Positions 11,109 to 21,939 of a DNA stretch of 64,000 nt are shown one piece after another (positions within the stretch are counted from its first letter, which is position 1; each line of letters opens with the position of its first letter). Below the pieces are notes generated by a model. It searched no databases. It was given only the letters and a program-made list of their open reading frames with translations, and was not told the DNA's origin. The stretch covers positions 15,585-79,584 of the forward strand of contig CAWABN010000016.1 in assembly GCA_963780305.1 (NCBI GenBank), read 5' to 3'. The position numbers and the translations under genes are program-made. The stretch comes from an uncultured Solirubrobacterales bacterium. Lineage in GTDB: Bacteria; Actinomycetota; Thermoleophilia; Solirubrobacterales; 70-9.

Positions 11109-12151
11109 CGCTGCGGGCCCCGCCTGACGATCAGCAGCTGGTCGAGGAACTCCGAGAGCAGCAGCACGAACCCGCCGGTGACCTCGAAGCCGACGGCGAA
11201 GCTGAGCAGCGGGATCGTCCCGGCCGAGACCAGCTCCCCCGGCGTGGCCAGGGGGAGGAAGTTCTCGAGGAAGGCGCCGCCGAAGATGATCCCGCCGATC
11301 CCGATGAGGACGAAGGCCCCGGCCGCCCGCGCCTTGGAGACCTCGACCAGGCGTCAGGGGGCGGACCCGGCGCAGCGCCACGTACTCGCCGCCGAGGTAG
11401 ACGAGCAGGAGCGCGGTGGCCGCGATGACCCCGCCCTGGAAGCCGCCGCCGGGGGTGCTGGTGCCCGTGGGCGATGATGTAGATCGCGAGCAGCACCGTG
11501 AACGGGACCAGAGCCAGCGGTCAGCAGGCGGAGCGCCGCGCTGGTCTCGGGCGGCCGCGCTCGCGGGGCGTCGTCGTCGATCGGTCCCCGGCTGCTCGTC
11601 GCCTGCGCCTCGCGGAGGAGCAGGGCCAGGCCGAGGACGGCGGCGAAGAGGATGAACTCCTCGCCGAGCGTGTCGAAGCCGCGGTAGTCGAAGTTGACCG
11701 CGGTGACCACGTCGGTGGTGCTGCCGCTCGGGACCGCGACGCGGTTGAGCAGCTGCCCCGTAGAGCCGTGGAGTCGCCGAAGTCGGGCATCCCGGCCAGG
11801 CCCCAGATCAGGAGCGCGCGAGGCCGGCGCCGGCGACGAGGAACACCGCCGGCGCGCGGCGAACGAGATCTCGCCCGCGCCGGCGCGGGCGGGCTGCGGT
11901 TCCGCTCGCTCATCGCCGGTCTTGGCGAGCGCGAGCAGGATCATCGTCGGCAGCGCGACCGAGCCGATGACGATGTTCGAGAGCGCGACGTCGGGGGCCT
12001 GGAAGGCGAAGAAGAGCATGCCGAGGGTGAGGCCGTAGAGGCTCGCGACGAAGGCCTGGCGGAGCGGGTCGCGGGCGGCGACGACGGCCCAGGCCCCGAG
12101 CGCGACGAGGAGAAGCGCGACGACCTGGAAGGCCTGGAGCGCGTCGCTCAA
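11105..12151 (-). pseudogene. mrpB: Mrp antiporter subunit B with DUF4040-like N-terminal part (MrpA C-terminal-like plus MnhB), frame-broken
   Basis: MSDALQAFQVVALLLVALGAWAVVA.., DVVTAVNFDYRGFDTLGEEFILFAAV, LLAIYIIAHGH, PGGGFQGG and ..FEVTGGFVLLLSEFLDQLLIV are found in different frames. Confidence 0.7.
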
Positions 12152-12525
12152 GGCTCGTCCTCGCTCGCCGGGGGTGGCGCCAGCCCCTCCCGGTGCACCG
12201 CCCGCCCGCCCGCCTCGCGCATATCGAGGCCGCCGCTCTCACGGATGTGCGCCGCCCGGGCGGTCGCGTGGACAAGCGCCGGGCCCAAGAAGATCACCAA
12301 CACCGCGACCAGGATCGACTTCAGCCCCGCCTGGGAGATGGGCCCGAAGTCGATCGCCACCGCGACCGCGAAGGCGAGCGGGGTGAAGTTCGACGCTGGG
12401 CCGGTGAAGTGGAGGCGGTCATAGACGTCCCTGGCGACCAGGATCCCGGCGACCGAGGTCAGCTGCATGATCACCCCGAAGCCGAGCAGAACCACGACGA
12501 GGACTTCGGTGAGGCTCACAGCCAC
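12148..12525 (-). CDS. mrpG: Mrp antiporter subunit G
   Basis: Intact 125-aa ORF with three TM helices, MnhG/PhaG-like (..DRLHFTGPASN..). It overlaps its neighbours by a few nt. Confidence 0.8.
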   Translation of the reverse strand: MAVSLTEVLVVVLLGFGVIMQLTSVAGILVARDVYDRLHFTGPASNFTPLAFAVAVAIDFGPISQAGLKSILVAVLVIFLGPALVHATARAAHIRESGGLDMREAGGRAVHREGLAPPPASEDEP

Positions 12526-12773
12526 CGCTCCATGAAGCGCGCATAGGCGAGGCCACCCGCGAAGCTCAGCACCGCCGAGACCACCGCGAGATCGAAGAAC
12601 GGCTCGCGGCCTGTCCCCGCCGCCAGCAGCAGGAGGACCAGGGTGGCGATGTCGCCGCCGACATTGAGGGCGACGAGGCCGTCCGGCGGCTCGGCGCTGA
12701 CCGCGAAGACGATCAGCGGCGCCAGGCTGGCGAGCATCACCGCCGCGGCGATCAGGTAAGCGCTGGCGCTCAC
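12516..12773 (-). CDS. mrpF: Mrp antiporter subunit F
   Basis: Intact 85-aa hydrophobic ORF, MnhF-like, translationally coupled to mrpE and mrpG. Confidence 0.8.
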   Translation of the reverse strand: MSASAYLIAAAVMLASLAPLIVFAVSAEPPDGLVALNVGGDIATLVLLLLAAGTGREPFFDLAVVSAVLSFAGGLAYARFMERWL

Positions 12774-13222
12774 GGATCGCCCGGCTCAGGGATCAGCCGG
12801 TGGACCAGCATCAGGCCGCGCTCGGTGTCGATCTCGAGCACGTAGCTGTTCGGCGGGAACGATTCGCCGGCGGTGAGCAGAGCCCGCTTGGTCGCTGACT
12901 CATCGGGGTCATCGGGCAGGGAGACCGGAACCGCCAGGAAGTGCCCCCGCGCGGGCCGGCCCCCGGCGAGCTGGCGCAGCAGCGCCCCGATCACCAACCA
13001 CGTCTCGCGGACGGCGCGGAGCGGGAGGCGCCGGAGGGCGTAGACCCAGCGCAGCCGTGGCCGGAACCGGATCAACCGCTGGCGCCCGACGGCGACTGCC
13101 GCCGTCGCCGCGACCGCAGAGGCAAACAGGCCCAGCACTTCCTCCGCGACGACGAACGACGAGATCAGCAGCAGCCAGAGCAGATTGAGGGCGACGAACC
13201 ACCCGATCCAGGCCCGGAGCAT
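12770..13222 (-). CDS. mrpE: Mrp antiporter subunit E
   Basis: Intact 150-aa ORF, MnhE-like (two N-terminal TM helices then a soluble domain). First gene of the minus-strand operon. Confidence 0.8.
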   Translation of the reverse strand: MLRAWIGWFVALNLLWLLLISSFVVAEEVLGLFASAVAATAAVAVGRQRLIRFRPRLRWVYALRRLPLRAVRETWLVIGALLRQLAGGRPARGHFLAVPVSLPDDPDESATKRALLTAGESFPPNSYVLEIDTERGLMLVHRLIPEPGDP

Positions 13223-13267
13223 GGGGAGCGTTCTAGCGAGCCGCCCAGACGGCGCCGTGGGATAGAG

Positions 13268-13417
13268 CTAGCGCCGCAGCAGCACGTAGGCGAGCGCGGC
13301 GGCGAAACCGACCTGGCCGACACCGAGGGCGGTGCCGAAGTTGGCCGCGCCGAAGAGCGCGGCGAGGGCGGTGATCACCGCGAAGGTCGTGAGGGTTATG
13401 GCGGCGTCGGCGAGCAA
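13268..13417 (-). CDS. Possible small hydrophobic protein (49 aa)
   Basis: TTG at 13417 gives MLADAAITLTTFAVITALAALFGAANFGTALGVGQVGFAAALAYVLLRR. AGGGAA lies upstream. No homology argument is available. Confidence 0.3.
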   Translation of the reverse strand: MLADAAITLTTFAVITALAALFGAANFGTALGVGQVGFAAALAYVLLRR

Positions 13418-13447
13418 GCGGATTCCCTGGCCGGGTAGCGTAAACCC

Positions 13448-14329
13448 GTGCTCACCGACTACCACCTGCACCTGCGGCCGGACGATGTCGGCAAGGCCTC
13501 CGAGGCGTTCACCGCGGAGAACGTCGATCGGTACCTGGCAGCTGCATCTGAACACGGGATCGAGGAGCTGGGGGTCTCGGAGCACATCTATCGCTTCAGC
13601 GAAGCCCTGGAGGTGTGGCAGCACCCGTACTGGCGAGAGCAGGCCCGGGATGATCTCGGCGAGTACTGCGACTTCGTCGACTCGACTCGATTGAAGCTTG
13701 GGATCGAGGCCGACTTCGTCAGCGGCGCCGAGGACAAGCTGGATCAGCTGCTCTCCCACCACGACTTCGATTACATCGTCGGCTCGGTCCACTTTCTCGG
13801 AGACGATGGCGCGGTGGACGACACCCGCTACGACATCTGGTCGAGCGAAGGCGATCCAAGCAAGCTCTGGAGGCGGTACTTCGAGTGGATCGCCGAGGCC
13901 GCCCGCTCGGAGCTCTTCGACATCCTCGCCCACCCCGACCTGGTCAAGATCTGGGGTGAGGGCCGCCCGGCCCCCGAGCGGGATCCACGCTTCTACTACG
14001 AGCCGGCGATCGAGGCGATCGCCGAGTCCGGGGTCGCGGTCGAGATCTCCACTGCCGGCCTCCGGAAGCCGGTCGGCGAGCTATACCCCTCCCGCGCCTT
14101 CGCCGAGATGTGCGTCGAGGCGGGGGCCGACTTCGCCCTCTCCTCCGACGCCCACGCTCCCGACCAGGTCGGCTTCGGCTACGACCAGGCGCTCGAGTTC
14201 CTCGGGGAGATCGGGGTCGAGCGGATCTGCGCCTTCGAGGGGAGAAAGAGACGGCTGGAGCCGGTGGGCCGAACCGGCCTCGAGGCCGGCGAGGGGGCCG
14301 AGGCTCCCGGGGCCGGGGAGAGCCGCTAG
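13448..14329 (+). CDS. PHP-family histidinol phosphatase (HisJ/HisK type)
   Basis: GTG start. Motifs DYHLHL, SEHIYRF, GSVHF, AHPD and SSDAH. 293 aa, intact. Confidence 0.85.
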   Translation: MLTDYHLHLRPDDVGKASEAFTAENVDRYLAAASEHGIEELGVSEHIYRFSEALEVWQHPYWREQARDDLGEYCDFVDSTRLKLGIEADFVSGAEDKLDQLLSHHDFDYIVGSVHFLGDDGAVDDTRYDIWSSEGDPSKLWRRYFEWIAEAARSELFDILAHPDLVKIWGEGRPAPERDPRFYYEPAIEAIAESGVAVEISTAGLRKPVGELYPSRAFAEMCVEAGADFALSSDAHAPDQVGFGYDQALEFLGEIGVERICAFEGRKRRLEPVGRTGLEAGEGAEAPGAGESR

Positions 14330-14794
14330 GTGTCGCTCCGAGTTGGGATCGGCTATGACAGCCATCGGTTCGCCGAGGGGGAGTCGCTGGTGATCGGCGG
14401 AGTCGAGATCGAGCACGACCGCGGCCTCGCCGGGCATTCCGATGCCGATGTCCTCGCCCACGCGGTGATCGATGCCCTGCTCGGCTCCTGTGGCCTCGGC
14501 GACCTTGGTGAGCTCTTCCCGTCCGATCAGGAGGAGTGGCGCGACGCAGACTCGCTCGACCTGCTTCGGGTGGTGCTCGGCAAGCTTCCGGGCCGCCCGC
14601 TCAACCTCGACGCCACCGTGATCTGCGAACAGCCGAAGCTCTCTCCGTACCGGGCCGAGATGGAGTCGACGCTTGGCCGGGTGATCTCCGCCCCGGTCAG
14701 CGTCAAGGCGACCACCAACGACGGGATGGGCGCGATCGGGCGCGGCGAGGGGATCGCCTGCGTCGCCGTGGCCATGGTCGAGACGGGCGAATGA
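14330..14794 (+). CDS. ispF: 2-C-methyl-D-erythritol 2,4-cyclodiphosphate synthase IspF
   Basis: GIGYDSHRF, GHSDADVLAHA and the ..ATTNDGMGAIGRGEGIA motifs. GTG follows directly after the preceding TAG. Confidence 0.95.
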   Translation: MSLRVGIGYDSHRFAEGESLVIGGVEIEHDRGLAGHSDADVLAHAVIDALLGSCGLGDLGELFPSDQEEWRDADSLDLLRVVLGKLPGRPLNLDATVICEQPKLSPYRAEMESTLGRVISAPVSVKATTNDGMGAIGRGEGIACVAVAMVETGE

Positions 14795-16490
14795 GACGGG
14801 CGAATAAGCTGTCGCCGATGGCGAGGGGCCCGATCAGAGAAGGGCTCGGGGGGGTCGTTTCGCGGCTGCCCAACCGGGTCGCCGACGGCCTCTGGGAGAC
14901 GGGAATCCTGATCCAGACGGGGATCCTGCGGCCGTTACGGCCCGACAAGCTCGCTCGGATCGGCGGGCGCTATCTGCGCTGGGGGCCCTCGCCCGCGCTT
15001 GGCAGCGCCGCCAGCGCGATCAGCCACCCGGACGAGACCGCGCTGATCGATGAGGCCGGGGCGCTCACATTCGCCGAGACCCACCGCCGCTCGAACGCGC
15101 TGGCGCGGGCGCTTCGCAACGAGGGGATTGGCCCCGGCGACGGGGTCGCGATCATGTGCCGCAACCACCGCTACTTCATCGAGGCGACGATGGCCTGCTC
15201 GAAGCTCGGCGCGGTCGCCCTCTACCTGAACACCGCCTTCGCCGGCCCGCAGCTCGCGGATGTGATCGAGCGCGAGCGCCCCGCTGCCCTGGTCTACGAC
15301 GACGAGTTCACCGATCTGCTCTCCGGCGTCGGATCGAGCCTCCGCCGCTACGTCGCCTGGGAGGAGGAGGGTGCCAAGCGAACCGAGGAGGCGGCCACGG
15401 TCGAGAAGCTGATCTCCTCGGCCCACGGCGACGACCTCGAGCCGCCCGAGGAGAACGGGCGCTTCATCATCCTCACCTCCGGCACCACCGGCACCCCGAA
15501 GGGGGCCCAGCGCGGCCAGCCCGAGGGACTGGGCGCCCTCGCCGCGCTGTTCTCGAAGATCCCGCGCCGCCACCGCGAGACGGTGATGATCGCGGCACCG
15601 CTGTTCCACTCCTGGGGGTTTCTCCACTTCATCCTCAGCCTGCCGCTCGCCGCGACCATGGTTCTGCGGCGGCGCTTCGACCCGGAGGACACCCTGCGAG
15701 CGACCGCGGAGCACCGCGCTCGCACCCTCGCCGTGGTCCCGGTGATGATGCAGAGGATTCTCGAGCTCCCCCCGAGGTGCGCCGCCGCTACGACCTCTCT
15801 CACCTCGAGGTGACCGCCGCAAGCGGCTCGGCCCTCCCGGGCGAGCTCGCCACCAAGTGGATGGACGAGTTCGGCGACAACCTCTACAACCTCTACGGGT
15901 CGACCGAGGTCTCCTGGGCGACGATCGCCACCCCCGAGGACATGCGCGCGGCGCCCGGCACCGCCGGAAAGCCGCCGCGGGGAACGGTTATCCGGGTGGC
16001 CGACGACGAGGGCAACGAGGTTCCCGAAGGCGAGACCGGCCGTCTGTTCGTCGGCAACGAGATGGCCTTCGAGGGCTACACCGGAGGCGGCGACAAGCAG
16101 CATCTCGGCGAGCTGCTCGCCTCCGGCGACGTCGGCCACTTCGACCCCGAGGGCCGCCTGTTCATCGACGGCCGTGACGACGAGATGATCGTCTCCGGGG
16201 GGGAGAACGTCTTCCCGCGGGAGGTCGAGGACCTGCTCAGCGACCACGACGCGGTGGTGGAGGCCGCCGCGCTCGGGGTGGAGGACGAGGAGTTCGGCCA
16301 GCGACTGCGTGCCTTCATCGTCACCAAGGAAGGAAGCGAGGTCACCGAGGAGGAGCTGAAGGCTCACGTGAAGGCCAACCTCGCCAGGTTCAAGGTCCCG
16401 CGCGAGATCGTCTTCGTTGACGAACTTCCGCGTAACGCGACGGGTAAGGTGCTGAAGCGCGAACTCGCCGAGCGCGACCTCAGCTCGTAA
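14791..16490 (+). CDS. Acyl-CoA synthetase / AMP-dependent ligase (one frameshift near 15770)
   Basis: ATG at 14791 overlaps the ispF stop (ATGA). Motifs TSGTTGTPKG, YGSTE, GDVGHFDPEGRLFIDGRDDEMIVSGGENV and ..PRNATGKVLKREL. Confidence 0.85.
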
Positions 16491-16939
16491 CTGCGGCCCG
16501 TCGCTCTTCGACCGCTCGCTTCACGTTCAGCAGCGACTGGTGGAAGCGGCGGCGCAGCGGTCCCGCCGCGACCCGCTCCGCGATCAGGCCGAAGATGCCG
16601 GCGCCGGCGACGCCGGCGGCGAAGCGAAAGGTGATCCTGGTGCGGCCGCCGGGGAGCTCGCGCAGGCGCCAGCGGCCGCGCTGGTCGACGCCGGTGACCG
16701 AGCTCCAGGCCATGTCGCCGTCGGGCTGCCACTCGACGATCTCGATCAGGCCGCCGACGTCGGCGGCGCCGACCCGGAGCAGCATCCGGTAGCGGGCGCC
16801 GAGGCCGCGTGTGGCGGTCGCCTGCCACCTCCCAGCGGGTCAGGCCATCCATGAACACGGGGTAGTTGGCCGGCTCGGTGACGTACTCCCAGACCAGGTG
16901 GCGGGGGGCGTCGACCGTGACCTTCTGCTCGATCCTCAT
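16480..16939 (-). CDS. SRPBCC (START/cyclase-dehydrase-like) family protein (one frameshift near 16800)
   Basis: N-terminus MRIEQKVTVDAPRHLVWEYVTEPANYPVFMDG. C-terminal part GRWRLRELPGGRTRITFRF.. in ORF 16480..16785. Confidence 0.7.
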
Positions 16940-16946
16940 CGGCGGC

Positions 16947-17930
16947 TTACCCGATCACGGGAAGGCGCCGCTCGGCCGCCAGCTCGCTCAGCTGGTCCTG
17001 CATCGCGGAGGTCACGTCCTCGTAGACGCGGTCATAGTCCGGTTCGGGCCCGTAGCGCCTGCGCGGGTCGATCGGCTCCATCACCTGCACCGTGATCTTC
17101 GCCGGGAGCGGCAGGTGGCCGAGGAAGTCGCCGACGTTGACGATCCAGGGGAGGGAGAGATTGACCGGCAGCGTCTTCAGGCGGAGCAGCTTGTCAAGGC
17201 GCAGCAGCTTCGACAGGCGCTCGCCGTGGGTGAGGAAGATCGCCGTCTCCTGTCCGCCGATCGAAACCACGGGGACGATCGGGACGCCGGCCTCGAGCGC
17301 CAGCTTGATGAAGCCCTTGCGGCCGTTGAAGTCGATTCGGTTGGACTCCCAGGTCGGGCGGTTCACCTCCCAGTCGCCGCCCGGGTAGACGAGTACGGCG
17401 GCGCCGGCGTCCAGAGCCTTTCGGGCGTTCTCGTGCGAGGCGGCGACGGTGCCGAAGCGGCGCAGATAGGGGCCCACGGGCGAGGTCAGCACCAGATTGT
17501 GGGCCAGCTGGTAGAAGGGCCGCTCCACGCCGAAATAGGTGTTGAAGGCGAGGGTGAAGACGATCGTGTCCGGCGTGACGTTCCCACCCGAGTGATTGCC
17601 GACGAGCAGCACCGGCTCGTCCTCGGGGATCCGGTCCATGCCGCGCACCTCGCCCCGGAACCAGATGCTGGCCAGAAGCCAGCTGAGCGAGAGGTTCTCG
17701 CGGATGAAGTCGGGGTCGCGGTCGTCGAGGTCGGCCGTCAGCCGGCCGCGGACCTCGCGGGCGACGCGCGAGATCGGCCCGGCGAGGGGACCCGCGAGCG
17801 ATTTCAGACGTGCGCGCGTGGCGCCCGGATCCCCTCTCCCCGCGTCGGGGGTGGCCGCCGGGTCTCCACCATTTTCGGTCCGCCGCCCAAGCCCAGCCTG
17901 GGCAGCGGTGCCTGAGCCGCTCTCTGGCAT
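16947..17930 (-). CDS. PlsC/LPLAT-family acyltransferase
   Basis: ATG at 17930. Motifs LLVGNHSGG, VYPGGDWE and GFIKLALEAGVPIVPV. 327 aa. Confidence 0.8.
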   Translation of the reverse strand: MPESGSGTAAQAGLGRRTENGGDPAATPDAGRGDPGATRARLKSLAGPLAGPISRVAREVRGRLTADLDDRDPDFIRENLSLSWLLASIWFRGEVRGMDRIPEDEPVLLVGNHSGGNVTPDTIVFTLAFNTYFGVERPFYQLAHNLVLTSPVGPYLRRFGTVAASHENARKALDAGAAVLVYPGGDWEVNRPTWESNRIDFNGRKGFIKLALEAGVPIVPVVSIGGQETAIFLTHGERLSKLLRLDKLLRLKTLPVNLSLPWIVNVGDFLGHLPLPAKITVQVMEPIDPRRRYGPEPDYDRVYEDVTSAMQDQLSELAAERRLPVIG

Positions 17931-17943
17931 GGGCAAGCTGATT

Positions 17944-19210
17944 CTAGGCGGCGCGAGCGGGTCGCAGGCGACGTGCCGCGCGGCCGATCCGGGCGGCGGC
18001 GCGCGCCGTGGCCGAGGCGGAGGCCTCCGCGATGAAGTGGTGAACGGCCGCGTTAGCCTGCTCCGGCAGCTCGACCTGCGGCACATGTCCGCACTCCTCC
18101 AGGACCACCTGGCGAGCCTCGGGCAGCGCCTCGGCGACGGGCTGGCAGAAGGCGAGCGGGACCAGTGGGTCCTGGTCGCCCCAGACGAACATCGCCGGCG
18201 GGCGCAGAGAGGAGAGCCGGGTCCAGAAGCCGCGCTCGCCGAACGGCTCCTCCAGGTAGATGTTTCGCGCCGCGGAGTGGAAGGCGATCCGGGCCGCCAC
18301 CGTGCGGTAGGTCCGCACGAACTCCTCGGAGGCGAGATCGGCGGCGGAGGGGTGAAGGCGCTCCGGGCCGGGCGAACATGCCCCAGAACTGGCGCCGCAC
18401 CAGGCCGTTGGTCATCGGGTGCGGAATCGCCGCCAACTCCGGTCGGAGCAGCCTGACGATCGGGACGAAGCCGCGGCGGCGCCGCCATGCGAGGGACGGT
18501 GTCAGCAGGCTGAGGCTTGAGACGCGCTCGGGCGCGGTCAGGCCGACCTCGATCGCGATCCGCCCCCCCAGCGAGTTCCCGACCAGGTGGGCTCGATCGA
18601 TCTCGAGCGCATCGCAGAGGTCGAGCACCGACTGGGCAAACCAGGGGGCGTCGAAGGGCGCCCGGATCGGCTTGCTCGAGGAGCCGAAGCCAGGGAGGTC
18701 AATCGCGTGGACGGTGTAATCGGGTGCCAGGGCCGAGACGGTCTCGAAGAAGCTGGTCTTGTTGCCGCCGAGGCCGTGGATGAGGATCGCCGTCTCGGGC
18801 CCATTTCCAGCGGTCAGGGTGGAAATCCGGTGTGAGCCGGCGGCGATCTCCCGCAGGCGCAGCAGCGGGCGGCGCCCGCTCGGGAGGCGGAAGAAGCCCT
18901 CGAACGCGACGGCGAGATCGAGGTTGCCGCGGGCCCAGAGCAGCCGTGAGCGGAATGCGTCGAGGCCGGAGAGGGAGCCCTCCCTGAGAGCGAGCCAGGT
19001 CATCGCGTTGGTGCCGATCACCGTGTCGGCGTCCCGCTTCGGGGAGGCGGTCACCTCGCAGCTGCTCGCGTCGAGCTCGACCGCCCAGCTCAGCCCGAGG
19101 TCGTCGAGCTCGATCCTGTAGCTCGCCTCGAAGCCGGGATCGGCGCCCAGGTAGCGCCCGGGGAGGGACGCGAAGGCGTCGTCGACGCGCCGCAACCGGT
19201 GCTCCTGCAT
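17944..19210 (-). CDS. Alpha/beta hydrolase with N-terminal SCP2-like domain (one frameshift near 18340)
   Basis: ATG at 19210. SCP2-like N-terminus (..TNAMTWLALREGSLSGLDAFRSRLLWARGNLDLAVAFEGFF), then HGLGG, the GNSLGG elbow and C-terminal ECGHVPQVE. Confidence 0.8.
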
Positions 19211-19285
19211 GGACGAGCGAGCCAAAGCCCCAGGAGCGTATTCATCGTCCCGGCGGTGATGCGGCCTCACCGAAATAATGCCCGC

Positions 19286-20636
19286 GTGCGCCGGGTTCTA
19301 ATTCAGGACACCCTCCGCGGCGAGCGGCGAGAGCTCGAGCCGCGCGAGCCCGGCATGGTCGGGATCTACGCCTGCGGGCCGACGACCTATGGGCGCATTC
19401 ACATCGGCAACGCGCGCCCCTACGTCGTCTTCACCCTCCTGAAGCGGTTCCTCGAGCACGAGGGCTACGACGCCACCCTCGTCATCAACGTCACCGACAT
19501 CAACGACAAGATCTACGACGCCGCGCGGGAGGCGGGACGGCCGTCAGCGGAGTTCGCCGAGGAGATGACTGCCGCCTACCTCAAGGACACCGACGCCCTC
19601 GGTCTGGGCAGGCCCGACGCCGAGCCCTTGGCCAGCGAGACGATCAAGGAGATCATCCAGCTGATCGAGGCGCTGATCGCCTCGGGCCACGCCTACCAGG
19701 CAAACGGCGACGTCTATTTCCGGGTCCGCAGCTTCGACGGCTACGGCAAGCTCTCCAATCGCGACCCCGAGGAGATGGACCAGGGCGAGGAGGCGGGAAC
19801 CGAGTCGCTGAAGGAGGATCACCTCGACTTCGCTCTCTGGAAGGGTCAGAAGGAGGGGGAGGACACCTTCTGGGACTCGCCCTGGGGCAAGGGCCGCCCC
19901 GGCTGGCACATCGAGTGCTCGGCGATGGCCGAGAAAGTGCTCGGCCTCGACTTCGCGATCCACGGTGGAGGCATCGATCTGGTCTTCCCCCACCACGAGA
20001 ACGAGATCGCCCAGACCGAGGCGGCCCGCGGCGTCCCCCTCGCCCGGATCTGGATGCACAACGGGATGGTCCAGCTCGACGAGGAGAAGATGTCGAAGTC
20101 GGTCGGCAACATCTTCCAGCTCTCCGAGGCGCTCGAGCGCTTCGGCGGGCCGGCGGTGGTCGCATACCTCGCCTCGGGGCATTACCGCCAGCCGCTCGCC
20201 TTCTCCGACGAGGCGCTGCAGGAGGCGGCCGCCCGGGTGGAGCGGATCCGCAACTACCTGATCGATGCTCCGGGCGGAGAGCCCGATTCCTTCATCGCCG
20301 AGAAGCGCGAGGCGTTCCTGGCTGCGCTCGCCGACGACTTCAACACCCCACGGGCGTTCGCCGCCCTGTTCGAGATCGTCGCCGAGGGGAACAGGCGCGA
20401 GCTGCCCGGCGCCCGGGGCGCGCTCGAGGAGCTGTTGCCGCTGCTTGGACTCGACTCGTTGTTGAGCGAGGACGAGGCGCCGACGCCGGAGGCGGAGCAA
20501 CTGCTCGCCGAGCGCCAGGAGGCGCGAGCCGCAAAGGACTTCGAGCGCGCCGACGCGATCCGCGAACAGCTCGCCGGGATGGGCTGGGAGGTCCGTGACG
20601 AGGCAGGCGGCGCCCGGCTCGTGCCGGAAGCGCTGA
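19286..20636 (+). CDS. cysS: Cysteine--tRNA ligase. The stop is reached only after a 1-nt shift near 20626; as read, the frame runs on to 20857.
   Basis: GTG at 19286 gives MRRVLIQDTLRGERRELEP..GMVGIYACGPT. HIGN and KMSKS motifs are present. TGA at 20634-20636 sits just before the rlmB start. Confidence 0.9.
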
Positions 20637-20639
20637 GCG

Positions 20640-21319
20640 GTGCCCGCGGCGAAGGAGGAGGGCCGCGAGTTCATCTACGGGCGCCGCCCGGTCGCCGAGG
20701 CCGAGCGCGGCCGCCGGCGGGTCCACAGGGTATGGCGGGCGCCGGAGACGCCGGCCGAGGAGCTCGAGCGGCTCTGCGGCTCGCCCGAGCACCAGGGCGT
20801 GGTCGCCGAGGTCGATCCCTACCCCTACGCCGATCCGGCGTCCCTGTTCGAGGCTGACGACGGCCAGGGCCTCGTCGTCGCCCTCGACCAGATCCAGGAC
20901 CCACATAACCTGGGGGCGGTCTGCCGGGCCGCCGAGGTTGCCGGGGCGTCGGGGTCGTGATCCCCGAGCGGCGCGCGGCCTCGGTCACCCCGGCCGCCTG
21001 CAAGGCCTCGGCGGGCGCGGTCGAGCATCTGCCGGTGGCCCGGGTGCGGAACCTCGCCGACTGGCTCGCCGACGCGAAGGAGTCGGGAGCCTGGATCTAC
21101 GGCGCCGCCGCCGAAGCACCGAAGCGCTACACCGACCTCGACTGGGTCGGGCGCGCGGTGCTGGTGCTCGGCTCGGAGGGCAAGGGCATTCGGCCCCGGG
21201 TCGCGTCGCGGTGCGACGAGCTCGTCTCGATCCCGACGAAGGGCAGGGTCGGATCGCTGAACGTCTCGGTCGCCGCGGCGGTGGTCCTGTTCGAGGCCGT
21301 TCGCCAGCGCGAGAGCTGA
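20640..21319 (+). CDS. rlmB: 23S rRNA (guanosine-2'-O)-methyltransferase RlmB / SpoU-TrmH family (one frameshift near 20950)
   Basis: EFIYGRRPV, LDQIQDPHNLGAVCR, VLVLGSEGKGIR and IP..GRVGSLNVSVAAAVVLFE. Confidence 0.85.
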
Positions 21320-21356
21320 GCGGTCGAGACCCTGAGGAGGTACTGAGGAGGTACTT

Positions 21357-21936
21357 CTAGGCGGCGACTGCCCGCTCCATCGCCTGAGACTGCTCGGCCT
21401 GGGAGACGAGCTCGGCGAGGGTCTCCTCGAGCTGCTCGTGAAGCTCCAGATCCGCGAGCCGTCCGTCCTCGGTGAAGGCGGCGTCCGCCTTCGCCACCGG
21501 GAGCTCGCGGTCGAGAACCCTGCGCCCCGATGGCGCCGAGGACCTTGCGGGTCTCGGCCTGCGCCCAGACGGCACCGAACATGCCGGTGCTGGCGCCGAC
21601 GACGGCGACCGGCTTGCCCTGGGCCGCGCTGCGGCCGGCTGGTCGCGAGACCCAGTCCAGTGCGTTCTTCAGCTGCCCGGGATCGAGGAGTTGTACTCGG
21701 GGGTGGCGATCAGGATCGCATCGGCCCCTGGATCGCCTCCCGCAGGTGGCGGACGGCGGCTGGGGCGCCGCTCGCCGTCGTCGTCCTCGTCATAGGCCGG
21801 GACCGGCCTTGAGCCCGTCGTAGGGCTCAAGCTCGGCGGGCGGCGGCAGCAGTTCGCCCGCCGCCCGCAACAGCCTGGCGATTGTGCGGAGGCTCTCGAC
21901 CGAGGACTGCCTGTAACGATTCCCCAGCACGCGCAT
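21357..21936 (-). pseudogene. NADPH-dependent FMN reductase family protein, frame-broken (at least 3 changes)
   Basis: ATG at 21936 (MRVLG..). ILIATPEYNSSIPG, KPVAVVGASTGMFGAVWAQAETRKVLG and ..ELPVAKADAAFTEDGRL.. occur in different frames. Confidence 0.7.
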
Positions 21937-21939
21937 CGC

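Noticed and set aside
20600-20660. Missing cysS stop and other frame changes, considered as programmed ribosomal frameshifting or a CysS-RlmB fusion.
   Set aside because: There are no slippery heptamers or conserved stimulatory structures. The lesions are too numerous and scattered across unrelated genes, and several map to simple homopolymer length changes.
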